Assembly: GCF_006345805.1 (NCBI RefSeq)
Contig: NC_043004.1
Span: 62,992,001 to 63,056,000 of the forward strand
Direction of reading: 5' to 3'
DNA from: Octopus sinensis
Lineage: Eukaryota
Length of the DNA: 64,000 nucleotides
This document shows positions 21,653 to 33,932 of this stretch, one piece after another. Each line of letters opens with the position of its first letter. The stretch's first letter is position 1. Both the position numbers and the translations under genes were made by a program. The notes under the pieces are model-generated. The model was given only the letters and a program-made list of their open reading frames with translations, did not search any database and was not told the DNA's origin.

Positions 21653-21832
21653 GTTTTTACTTTCTCTGATCTAACTCAATACATAACAATACTTTTCTCA
21701 CTTTTGGACTGATGGAGTATTTAAATAATATCCTTGGACCGGACATTCAGATGGACTGGAACTGGAACGATGTCATGAAAAGGAGGATTACTCCATACGA
21801 GAAATGTGTCAAGAGGAAATTGTCCATGACAG
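21653..21832 (+). CDS. Candidate symmetric (phase 1-1) exon containing one in-frame TGA
   Basis: aaaatag|GT TTT TAC TTT CTC TGA...TPYEKCVKRKLSMT G|gtcaag. The 3' end resembles the Cys motif preceding the M13 DPC motif. The acceptor is weak and there is a stop at 21667-21669. Confidence 0.3.
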
Positions 21833-22434
21833 GTCAAGCAAAAGAGGTTAATGCCTGCAAAGACTCCATCGTAATTTACCGCTAAACATCAAGTTTTATC
21901 TTAGTTGCAGAGGTTGTGAAACGTCAACTATTTTGTCCACAGAATACGGAAGAGGCGTTAAGAATGTCCACTCTTCGGTTTCCTATGAAAGAGACTCGTC
22001 CTCCTTCTGAGGTGGTCCACCAGCTGCCAACATATTTTGCAAGGCATGTTTGGAATGTTCTGTCTGTTGATATGAACAGACACTCAAGGCTGGACCGTCT
22101 AAAATGTTTCTTTAGCCGATTGCCGGTGTGGTTTTCGCTGGTAACCGAGATTTGTTTGCATCTCGTCTTTTTTATGGATCTGCAAACTTGGTTCAAGGGA
22201 AAATGAAGCGCATGCAAACATTATGTGAAATGACATCAGTCGCCAATTAGCTATTATCAATTGAGGGTACTTAGAACCACCTAGACACTTTATAATTAAT
22301 CGAGGGAAAAGCAGATGTATAGAAAACTAGAATGAGTGGGGGAACAAATATGTAGGAATCAATAAAACAATACATAATATGTATATTTGAATGTTTATAA
22401 ACTTTTACTGAATCACCAATTATGTGAAATTCAG

Positions 22435-22569
22435 CAAGTCCTAAACCGACGGAAACCGCCGAGCCGTGTCGAAGCTTTTGCTTATATGCCTGCAAAAATC
22501 CACCGGAATTTAACATTTCATCGAAACCAGATCAAGATGGACGTGTACCGAAGACAAAAGAATTTATTG
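22435..22569 (+). CDS. M13 peptidase-like exon (phase 1-1)
   Basis: ttcag|..|gtatgt. SPKPTETAEPCRSFCLYACKNPPEFNISSKPDQDGRVPKTKEFI matches the M13 (D/E)PCxDFxxYACG motif. Confidence 0.8.
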
Positions 22570-23084
22570 GTATGTATAGAATTATACAATCTATAAAAAT
22601 GCTAGAATTTGACTACAAATGTTTTGAACTTTAATTTGTTCGTCTATAACCAAAATATTCCTTTCTCGTTGGAAGTCTCTACTTAGTATTATTTATATCT
22701 AAATAGCTGGATAATATTTTATTATAAGATTTATTTCATTATCAAATTTTCATTTAGCTCAGGGTTTGAAAAACAATCTGCATAAAGTATTTCTGTGCAT
22801 TAATAACGAACTTAGATATGACAGTACCACTATTAATGATGAAATCTGGTATGGAAATATCAAGCGTAAGACTTAATCGAAAAGTAATTGTAAAATATAA
22901 AGAGCTTTGTAGTTAGTCTTGAATTTAACCATATAACATTTCTTTTCAGCTTAGTATTATTCATATTTTATTTGATTAACTACCAAATTTTAGGCCATCC
23001 AGCATAACATTCTTTGTTGTTCTTGTTTTCATTTTGTCATTGAACTTAAGTGGGATATTGCTAATATTCTTTTCTACTCTAGGC

Positions 23085-23370
23085 ACATGCCTCGAAATGT
23101 TGGGGGAAGTGGTCAGTCGATTAGATCGACCCCAGTACGCAGCTGGTACTTAATCTATCGACCCCGAAAGGATGAAAGGCAAAGTCGACCGCGACGGAAT
23201 TGGAATTCAGAATGTAGACAGACGGTATTGCAATGTTTAATCGGGCGAGTTGGCAGAAACTTTAGCACTCCAAGCAAAATACCTTACGATATTTCGCCTG
23301 TCTTTACGTTCAAATTCCACAGAGGTCGTCTTTGCTTTTCTCATAGTCGATTAAATAACTACCATTTGAT
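23085..23370. mobile_element. Two divergent family 3 SINE copies arranged head-to-head
   Basis: 23085-23225 is minus and 23245-23370 is plus. Both share the body TTTGCCTTTCATCC..GTCGAT and a box B-like GTTCAAATTCC. Confidence 0.75.
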
Positions 23371-24715
23371 CATTGGGATCGCTGTAAATATCGTCTCCTT
23401 TCAAAATTGTTGATCTTGTACCAATATTTATAACTAATATTATTTTGCATGATGTAACTTAAACTTCTGTCGGTGTGTCTTAATATATTCAAGATGTGTA
23501 TTTGAATTTCAGTGTTTTCCATATCTCTCTGCGTCATATTGAATCATGTGTCAATATTTTTTTAAAAACTTCTAAAGTTTCAGCAGTTATACCACGACGG
23601 CTAAGTTTGTTGTATACCCTGATATTTTGTAAGGTTATCGATACGCAAGTCTTTTAAATTTAGATTACATCATATATTCTGTCTCAAATAGAATCCATAG
23701 GCTTATTTGTTGAGAACTACATAACCGTTTCTAATTATAGGAAATGTGAAAATGTATGAATTATATTTATAACTTACCTACATATACTAATTTCTTTTAA
23801 AATATAATCAAACAATAAATGTAAGTTTGAAGCATCAAATACTTTTGTCGCAATTCTCAAGGGGTAATATGTTAATATATCAGTCCAAGCTTTCTGACAC
23901 TAAACGAAATGTTGTCATTACAACTGAGAAGTAGTAAACAAAATCAGAAATCTTGTTGCTATTCAAAGCAAGTCTATTTATAATAGGTTCCGTACAATCC
24001 TGCATCACAGTTTTGAACAATATGTTACAAGTGATGATGAAAAACGTAGTAACTCGTAGTGCAAATAAATTACCTAAAAATGAACTCGGTAGTTCAGTGT
24101 GTGAATAACACATAATATCTTACATTCTCTAATCTGTGAAATCTCTGGTATTTAATGAACCCCTGTGCCATTCATAAATTATTCTAGTAATTTGAAAGAA
24201 GTTCTCTGATAACTGAGATCAGAACCAGCACATATATGTGCAGAAAATAAAAGAGTTGAATATACAATTATGTGGTGTAAATGTAGTCGCCATTTATTTA
24301 ATTGACGTCACTTGCAGCTATAATAAGTTTTGAGAAAGATCAAATGGTAAAGACGTTTGAGACAAGTCCGCGATTTAGCAGGTGTTATTCATCAAAATTT
24401 TTATCTTGAATAACTCATGCTTTCATGTTCAATCCAAAGTATGTTTCTTCAAATAATTTCGAAAGATTAACAACACAGAAGATAGATGTATATAGATTAT
24501 TTGCTATTGTGACTGAATGATGGACATAATTTGGTGATACGATTTTAAGAATTTCTTTGCTCCAGCAAATTCACAGGTGTCTGAAAGTACTATATAAATT
24601 ACAGAAAATGAACATTTAGTGTGTCAAATGCCATGAAGTATATAATTTATCAGTTCCAGGTGACATTAACTCTGTAGTCTTTCAGGAGTGTTTATAGAAT
24701 TATTTTGACCAACAG

Positions 24716-24799
24716 ATTTACTTGAAGAACCAACTACGGGATATACTATTGAACCTGTAAAGATGGTGAAGAAATTGTACAAGTCGTGTATAAATCAAG
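24716..24799 (+). CDS. M13 peptidase-like exon (phase 1-1)
   Basis: ttttgaccaacag|AT...G|gtccgt. (D)LLEEPTTGYTIEPVKMVKKLYKSCINQ matches neprilysin DVLQEP...KAKALYRSCINE. Confidence 0.85.
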
Positions 24800-25932
24800 G
24801 TCCGTATACGTTTTTCTTCTTTGTTAAATAATTCAAAGAATGCTGACTCTAATCATTCGAAAATGAAAGCAAATTGGCACTCTATGGGAAGTTTATCTAC
24901 TTGTCACTTAGTGCAATAAAATTTCAAAGATTGTGAAATAGCATCAGACTATATCGTATCAATATAAAGGCAGACATTTAGGCATTAAATATCAAACATA
25001 TGATATTTACCTCGAGTTGTATTATATTTTGTTACACAACTTATAAACACAGTCAATAAATTATCCATATATCTATGTTGCGTAAATTATATTATAGAAA
25101 TATATCAAAGTTTGTTTAATCGATAACGCTACAATAAAATATAAATTGAAATTTTTAATTTCTTGTATTTATAACCTATCACTAGGTTAATGAATCTCTC
25201 ATGTTCACATTTCAATATGAACAAATACTATTTTTCTGCACGCTATGATCAAGTTATTAAGGTTTCTTTTGTAAAAATAATGCATTTTCAGTGTAAGCAA
25301 TTATAATCAACGCATTATGTTAGCCTGAACATGACTGCTAACTCAGTAATACCATCTTTAAAAAGCACTTTTAATTTGCTCATGGATAAAAGACACACTT
25401 TTGACTTGTGTATTTGATCAAGCTCTAAATTATTAAAAGGACCCAGGGTATACTCCACTTCTATATTAGATGACAAGGAGTATCTAAGCACCTTATGTAT
25501 TAGTTTAATTCACTCACTGGGATAAAAATGACAAAAGATTGGTGCGAAGTAGAGAAATGTTTGGTATCATACAACTATCATGACAACAGCATGACAATTG
25601 ATATCTCAGTCAGTATTAGAGTTTTGTGAAATGATATGCTAATGTTTCTATCCTAAAGTATTTTTGACGACTCTCTATGAGCTATATATTTAAAACATTC
25701 AAAAGGGGGAAGGGTTTAAAATCATACAGAATCTAACTTTGAATCTTTCAAATATTCCTATTTTTAGTAGAAAACAGTTGATATAGATGCATAGAAATGT
25801 GTTTTCTTCTCAGGGCAGGATTGAAATTTTTCTCATATATACAAATCTATGGGAATGGTATTATTATTTGTTGTGCATATTTTTATTGCCTCCCACTGAC
25901 AAGAAAACTGATGATTAACAATTTTATTCCAG

Positions 25933-26105
25933 TAAATAAAAATAGAACAATGCAACCTTATTGGACATACATATTTAATGAATTCAAGAAATCGCCGATG
26001 TATACTAATCACACCACCATCTTACAGAATTATCTCAATATCACTGGGCATTTACCTTGGTTTAAGTACACAATTAAGTCTGTACCTTATGGGAAAACCA
26101 TCATT
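25933..26105 (+). CDS. M13 peptidase-like exon (phase 1-0)
   Basis: ttttattccag|..|gtaagt. (V)NKNRTMQPYWTYIFNEFKKSPMYTNHTTILQNYLNITGHLPWFKYTIKSVPYGKTII; 173 nt, in phase with the previous exon. Confidence 0.8.
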
Positions 26106-26737
26106 GTAAGTTATATTTCGTTCATTATGACAATCACATACACACTAAATGTTCTAATCAAAAAACAAAGAGAAACCTCATAAAATATTTACAATACTTC
26201 AATGAATTGTGAGAAATCGAGAGGAACAAACTATAAACGTGGTTTTGAGAATCATGCATAATATGCACAGACATACTAGCAACTGGAAAACTGAGACAAG
26301 ACTAATATGATTGATACCTGGTCTACTTCTGTTTGTGCAAATATTTGTAAATGTGGTCCCTTCATTAGTTATGATATATGGTCTAAAATATAATTTGTGT
26401 TCAGTAGCTGTACAATGCTAAATATGTCAGAAGTGATGATTATGTGGATTTTATGTGACCCGCTATAACAACCAAATTCAGTCTAAATGAAATAACAAAC
26501 TGACTGTACATATACGTATGACAAATATTTGTCTGGACTTGTAGGATTTTGTTTCAGCATGCCGTAAAATAATGCAGAAATGAATTTCAAATAAATATTT
26601 ATTTTTTATATTCGTTTCACCGAGCTCAAACCATATATTTATTTTATCATTTCGAGTCCGATATAGCGTATTTTCTGTTTGACGGATAGAATGTATTTGC
26701 AAATACACACACACTCACACACACACACACACACACG

Positions 26738-26810
<73 letters not shown>

Positions 26811-26890
26811 ACAATCAAAAATGTAACTACATGTGGATTGTTGAGGATTTGTTTCTTTCGTCTTATCTCTTGGACTTTATTCTGTCACCT

Positions 26891-26925
26891 GTTTCTGAGA
26901 AGGAGCTTTGCTCGAAACGTGAAAC
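26891..26925 (+). ncRNA. Degenerate minimal hammerhead motif (Penelope pLTR remnant)
   Basis: GTTT-CTGAGA-AG-GAGC-ttt-GCTC-GAAAC-GTG-AAAC. The core is one base short and the triplet is GUG. Confidence 0.5.
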
Positions 26926-27273
26926 ACCACTTCTTTCGTCCCTGAGCGTCTTATCAATACTTTGTATGTAGCTATATATATTCATACATAGTAGCGGGTC
27001 TCCCGGCTTTTGGGCCGGTCTATGTTGCTTTGAAATGTATTTATAAAGCACATACTGGAATGTATTGTAATGCCCATTTTTTTTACAATAAAAATGTTAA
27101 AAGGTATAAAAATATTGCATAACATAATTTTAACAATATGTTTGTGTGTGTATGTGTGTGTCCTCAATGTATGCCCAAACTTCTGGATCAATGTGTACCA
27201 TACTTGGAGTACAGGAATAATTTGACCTTCGAAATAATAATACGGTCTTGATTTCTTTTTCTTTTTTAGGAAT

Positions 27274-27425
27274 AGGCGTAGGAGTGGCTGTAAGTAGCTT
27301 GCTTACGAACCACATGGTTTTGGATTCAGTCCCACTGCGTGACACCTTGTGCAAGTATCTTCTACTATAGCCTCGGGGCGACCAAAGCCTTGTGAGTGGA
27401 TTTGGTAGACAGAAACTCGTCGTAT
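27274..27425 (+). mobile_element. tRNA-derived SINE family 1, 5' half, running into (AT)n
   Basis: Matches 61561-61725 (GTAAGTAGCTTGC..GGATTCAGTCCCACTGCG..GTGAGTGGATTTGGTAGAC). Confidence 0.85.
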
Positions 27426-27430
27426 ATATG

Positions 27431-27539
<109 letters not shown>

Positions 27540-27672
27540 TATATAATATATATATATATATATAAAGTTAATCCAACAAGAAAACACAGAAAAAAAGAGA
27601 AAAAAAAAACACAGCAACGCAGGACGTGGAACAATTAAAGTATATTGACGCTCAGGAAAGAAGGGAAGGAGG

Positions 27673-27707
27673 GTTTAACGTTTCGAGCGGAGCTCTTCGT
27701 CGGAAAC
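27673..27707 (-). ncRNA. Minimal hammerhead motif with a CCGACGA core variant
   Basis: Reverse complement reads GTTT-CCGACGA-A-GAGC-tcc-GCTC-GAAAC-GTT-AAAC. All helices pair. Confidence 0.6.
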
Positions 27708-27786
27708 AAGGAGAAGGAAAGATCCCAAGGAGGGAAGACAGAGGAGACAATATTTGAGCTGGTGGTGCTTAAGAGATCACATATAT

Positions 27787-27850
<64 letters not shown>

Positions 27851-27852
<2 letters not shown>

Positions 27853-28582
27853 ACTTATAAATAAGGGCAAACAAAACAATTTCTAATGCCATACATGCCG
27901 AAATTGGACATATTTTCCATAACCATATAATTGTTCACAATACGCACGCTACTCGAAAAAGGATGACAGAAATTTCTAAAAAATTCCATTCTTACCACAT
28001 CGGACAGATTTCAGGGTTAGTTCATAAGAACCCTCCCTTCGTCAGTGATAAATGTGGCAAAGAAATAAATGAGATACTTACTCATACCCATGGAAGAAGC
28101 AAACAGTAAGCCATGAGCACAATTCATACCCCAAATCCATCCCAAATAGAAATTCTCCAGCCAATCTGAGACACGTGCGATTTGAACTGAGGCTCTCACA
28201 GAGTGAGAGAGTCCAGAAGTGAACACTATTAAATTGATATCTAACGTAGGATAACATTTTTTCGGAAAAAAAATTATCAATGGCCAGCATATTAAAAAAA
28301 TACCTTTAAAGGTTAAATATATAATCAACTTATAAATAAGGGCAAATGAAAACAATTTCTAATGCCAAATATGCCGAAATTGAACATATTGTCCATAACC
28401 ATATACTTTTTCACAATATGTACGCTACTCGAAAAAGGCTGACAGAAATTTCTAAAAAATTCCATTATTATCATGTCGGACCGATTTCAGGGTTAGTTCA
28501 TAAGAACGCTCACTTCGTCAGAGATAAAGGTGGCAAAGAAACAAATGAGATACTTACTCGCACCCATGGGTATGAGTAAATG
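27851..28582. repeat. ~240-bp direct repeat (27851-28091 and 28326-28570) ending in a palindrome
   Basis: Both copies read CAACTTATAAATAAGGGCAAA...GATACTTACTC(AT/GC)ACCCATGG. The second ends in TTACTCGCACCCATGGGTATGAGTAA. Confidence 0.85.
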
Positions 28583-29129
28583 GTATTTATTTCATTTTCT
28601 CCGTTTTGTGCGTTTCTGCGCCCGTTGATTTCTACTGAAATAGCAGGCAATGAAAGCAAATAAAATATGTGTGTGTGTGTGTGTGTCTGTGTGTACGTGC
28701 GTGTGCATGTGTGTGTTTGTGTGTGAGTGTGTGTGTCTGTGTCTGTGTGTGTGAGTGTGTGTGTCTGTGTGTGTGTGTGTGTGTGAGTGTGTGTGTCTGT
28801 GTGTGTAAAGAATTTCAAAAAGTACTTTCATGACAGATAAAAAAAATGTCGATTAAAATTTACACCGGCACGCAAAAGTCGACATTAAAAAAAAAAAAAC
28901 AATATTCAGCGGATTCGTATGTTTTCGATGACGGAAATTCTGAATATGCCAGAAAACTATGTTTTCAAAATGTTTAATTAACTGCACCCCACTCTGAATT
29001 AATTAAAATTTTTTTCATGATAAAACTCCAAAATTGATTCATTCACTCTTCGCCAAAGTGAAAATGAACGGCTTGTGTTTCTGGTTGTGCGCGTGCGAAT
29101 GAACTGAGAAAATACACTGAAATATGTCT

Positions 29130-31080
29130 TACTTACCTGTTGTACAAGTTGGTTTTGCTTTCAATGTGATGGGGAACAATTTAGGATTCAGGAGGTGACT
29201 CATCATATCACAGGATTTAACTGTCAGGGGTTCTAGTAGTTCACCAGTGACTTATACCCATGATTTAATGTTTTCATGAAAATACCCAATGAATCCTGTG
29301 GACTTTTTCAGGATACCCCAGCGTATAAATAGACGCATCAAATGTACAATGTTAAAAAAACATGAAACATTGTTACAAATTGAGTTGTATTTCTCTGCAA
29401 TTATCTTGAACCTGTCAGGCTGCAAATATCGTATCCGTTGTGCCGCGATTTAAACGAAAGATTCCTTGTGACTCAAGAAGAATTTCTGGAACAGCATGAT
29501 CTGGCAACCGATCGAGAAGCTTCCTTGCTAAGATCTTTTCAACAGCTAAACATCAAGGAAATCCTATCTCAGTTATCAATGTCTATGGGTCCGTATATCA
29601 ATTTAGTGGCAATTCGCCTCTGTTCGACGCTGTGAAATATGATAGATAAATTTACTAGTCTCTGAACACCACCTTCTTCGACTGGTTCAGAAACAATGAC
29701 TTTTTCCCCAAGAGCTTTAGCATTATTCCATCGTTAGTGAGTTGATCATCAAACTAATAGATTCATTTTTCAAGTTATCGCTAAGATGTTGTCATTATGT
29801 GCACTTGCATTCGCCTTGCTTGCGCAGCATTGCCTTAACAGTCATAATTCGAAGAACAAAATATAAGAATGTGAGCCATATGCTGCCCGCAGCTCGTGGT
29901 ACAGAGATTTAGCATCTCAGTTATCTGTAGATGACTACGATTCGTGGGATTTTTGGCAACACCACGTTTACCTTGCTGTCCGCAACAAGCGCAGGACTTT
30001 AAACTTACACTCTTTAAAATCTCTACCTTATCCCATTGGCGTCTCGGCACACTACAAGGGAGTGTTTTGGGAAGTACCATTTCCTTTCATAGGACACCGT
30101 CGCCACAAGCTCTTCATTTTTTCTAAAGCCGTTCTGTCGTTTTATCCAGTAAACACAAGACAGAACAGTAACTTTGAGCTGTTTAACAAATCTTTAATAT
30201 GGATACCTTTTGATTTAGATGAATAATGTTAACTGCTTCTGACATATTGCCCAGGTTTGTCAAGGCAGTTTAATTTAGATACATCAACCTACTTACATGC
30301 ATTCATGCCACCACTTCTGTACCTGTCAAGCAGGCATGAGCCGAACACGCAGTCCCCTTACCCATCTGCACCCTGTAGATTTTATACCTGATATTCCTCT
30401 TCAACGGGTAAATGCAAAATCGAGAATATGCAAGGGAACTGAAAGTGGATGCTGACAATTATACATATATGTATCTTTTTTCTCTCAACCAAGTATTCAT
30501 TAATACTGGGTTTAAGAGCTGACTCACTTGCAACCGGAGTGGCCCACTTGCGTTGTACTTTGGTATCCCATGCCTTCCTATGCACAATCCGAATTTCACA
30601 ATCACATTATACACGGTCGTTTAAACCTGCCTAAAATACAAATGGTTATTCTTACGAACATTTATCAAAACTATGCTCATGTCACCATAAAAACAGTTTA
30701 TAGTGTTCTGGGGACTGACTTGAGTTGTCACATTTACGCTAGCCACTGTCATAAAGTGTTTCCTGTTCAGATGAAACCCTGGTGTCAGTATACATTCAGA
30801 GAAGCCACGGGGAAGCTGTGTTAAATAATTCACTGAATGCGAGTTAACAGTCTGATAAAGTCAGCAGTCATGGGACACCTCACACCAGGCAAGCTAATAA
30901 CATAAACCAATGGTACCAAAACATTTTCGGTTGCACACATTTTAGTTTTAATACAATTGACGAGGAGGTTACTTATAAACGGTATAGGCGCCTGCGATGC
31001 ATCTGGACATCTTGAATTGATTGCTCTGGTGGCAATAGTGCAGAAAGGTAGAAACCAGATATGTGTTCCATTATGCATGT
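29130..31080 (-). mobile_element. RTE-clade LINE remnant (APE endonuclease through N-terminal RT)
   Basis: Minus-strand pieces LPRGFSECIL..TVASVNVTT..FYGD (APE) and ILARKLLDRL..LLESQGIFRLNRGTTDTIFAA*QVQDNC (RT), matching RTE LPESQCGFR..RGTxDMIFAARQLQEKC. Confidence 0.8.
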
Positions 31081-31247
31081 TTTAATTCTACTGCTGTTTG
31101 TAATGCACGCTTATCGAATGTTTTGACGCATGCATAATATTCAGCAGATCTCATTGTGAGCTTATATAAACCTATTGAATACCGTGTCTCCATGGGACGA
31201 AACTATTAATAGTTCTTGTTTAATACTGTGTACGTTAGACGATATAT

Positions 31248-31292
<45 letters not shown>

Positions 31293-31367
31293 GTGTGTGT
31301 ACATATATATTATATGTGTGTGTGTGTGTGTACATATATATCATATGTGTGTATATATGTACGTATA

Positions 31368-31407
<40 letters not shown>

Positions 31408-31705
31408 CATGTGTGTGTATGCGTGTGTGCCTGTGCATCTACACAAGAATGTTGCATATGAATAATAAATTTGTACTCTACAAAAGTATAGATTAATGCA
31501 CAAGACTCATGTAAAATTATATTAATATAACTAAGCATAAAACAGACATTATTATGTAAATATAAATGTTTGTTTTTATGTTGAGTTATAATTTTACAAT
31601 AATTTGATACTTTATTCTATACATTAGAATTTTGAAGTCGCATCTATGCTGTCAAACTTTTCTTAAATTGTTTTTATATTGTAATTATTTGCAGCTGGAA
31701 TTCAG

Positions 31706-31825
31706 TACTTCTTACCATATACAAAAAATTACTCTATTATTGGTGACTTACTGATCATAAAGAACATATATCCTGATTTTGTTAATCAAGAAAGGATAGG
31801 GACATTTTTTGAAAAGATAGCGTTG
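31706..31825 (+). CDS. M13 peptidase-like exon (phase 0-0; alternative acceptor at 31694 gives phase 1)
   Basis: ..ttcag|TAC...GCG TTG|gtaagt. YFLPYTKNYSIIGDLLIIKNIYPDFVNQERIGTFFEKIAL; the end resembles M13 FExxLA. Confidence 0.7.
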
Positions 31826-32019
31826 GTAAGTAAAGTTTTCATGCATTCTTTATCCCACGATTCCATAATAAAGGTTATGTGGCTCTAGAATATGCTTGTT
31901 AATTATTTTAGCTTTTATAGATACCGCATTCCCATCTCCAACTTCGTAATACAAGTTTGGATAATTGTAAATGATAGAAGTGTTATTCAGAATGGTTTCA
32001 AATTTTGCCAGAAGGGTAG

Positions 32020-32388
32020 CCATCTTTTTGTGGTAGGGAGATGAGCCGAGTACATCAGCCCCAATGTTTCACTGTTTAATTTATCGACCTCGAGAGGATG
32101 AAAGGGAAAGTTGACTTCGGCGGAATTTCAACTCAGGAGCTAAAGACAGACGAAATACATATTTATTTACTGCATACAAGGGGCTACACACAGGGGGGAC
32201 AAACAAAGACAAACAAACGGATTAAATCGATTGTATCGACCCCAGTGCCTAACTGGTACTTATTTAATCGACCCCGAAAGGATGAAAGGCAAAGTTGACC
32301 TCGGCGGAATTTGAACTCAGAACGTAGCGGCAGACGAAATACCGCTAAGCATTTCACCCGGTATGCTTAACAATTCTGCCAGCTCGTA
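32020..32388 (-). mobile_element. Two adjacent or nested family 3 SINE copies
   Basis: A partial copy to ~32152, then a near-complete copy 32156-32388 similar to 4344-4574. Confidence 0.85.
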
Positions 32389-33811
32389 GTTTCAAGTGTT
32401 ATTAAGAATACCATTCAATCATTAATAGGAAAAGTTTTAAATGCAGTTTCTTCTGGGGCACGACTGAAGTTATCTATAGTAGCATACCTACAAAAGGAAT
32501 ATTGGTTATCAAGTCAATAATATTTAAGTATATTATTTATCAACAAACGTACATAGTAATCTCGTCTTCAGTTAGATTGTTGCACGGTGCATTAACCTAC
32601 AGATAACCCTGCAGAACTCATATTCATAACTATAAGTAACGTCTTGATCTTATTAACCAATGAAAAGTTGTTTCGTGACTTATTTTAAGTTTTAAACATT
32701 TATAAAATACTAGCTTTTTATTAAGATGTATCTGAGGGTCAATATTTCTAACAATATTGTGTCTATGTGTATATAAAACAATAATTTTCTCTATTGTTGG
32801 TTTCCCAACTTTATGGTACTGAAATATATTCTACTAAATTTTATACTAAGATTTCCTATTTCATTTCCATATCTATGGTCGTGTTTGCTCCCTCGTAGTT
32901 TGTCCACACAGCTACACTGATATTTCCTTTAAGCCTTTCTGTATTATGCCCATAACTATTGTAGTAAGCATTAAAATTATTATTATTACTAATACTTATG
33001 ACCCGCATAATTATCCTTTCCTCGATGTCATGTGTATGGCCAATGAAATAGTAAGAGACTATAAGTCTAGTGTACAATATTGTATTAGAACATGCTTGAG
33101 ACGTTAACAGTTTACACAACATGAATTAGCTCTTATTTTTTAATATATTTTCCTTGAAGCATGCTTATATATCACGAACAGTATAATACTTCCGGTTTAC
33201 TTGTGTAATTACTGTTAATTATGTGATACGTTCAAGAGGTATAATATTTCCGAATATTCGTAGTTTAATCCTTCTACTACTGAAATGTTTATATTTATTA
33301 GGAATTTTTCATAAGCGGGAGAGATTTTTATATTATTATTTATATTTATTTTGTACAACTTAACCTTTTTATACTTATTTATGTCATGTTTACCATTTCC
33401 ATCTATTGTATCGGGTTTATATACTAGGTTATCTATTTTGGTTGATTTATATTTTTTTAAAGTTGAAGATTTTATATTAGTTGAGCTATTTTTATTTAGG
33501 TTTTCATTTGAAAGATTTATATCATCAAGATCTTCCTAGATACAATAAATGGAAATGGTAAACAGGACATAAATAATAGAGGACATTTTAATATATTTTA
33601 TAGGCTCTTGATATATGTACTAATATATAAGGTTTATTTTTAAATGTAATAAATATTGTCTAGCATATTCCTTTAATTTAACTCATTAATAAAAATAAAT
33701 CACTATTTACTAACTATAAATCTTTATTAATAGAAATTGATATATATATATATATATATATAATATATGATAAATTTGAAATGATTTCTATATTCTCCAT
33801 CCCTATATAAG

Positions 33812-33862
<51 letters not shown>

Positions 33863-33932
33863 GTTGTTGTTGTTGTTATTATTATTATTGTTGTTGTTGT
33901 TGTTGTTTTTGTTTTTGTTGTTGTTGTTGATA
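33812..33932. repeat. (ATT)n/(GTT)n microsatellite with no adjacent element
   Basis: Directly visible. Confidence 0.95.

Noticed and set aside
22816-22865. Candidate exon ttag|ATATG...AAGC|gtaaga
   Set aside because: Exon 22435-22569 already joins 24716 in phase at the intron position expected for M13, and this segment would break the phase.
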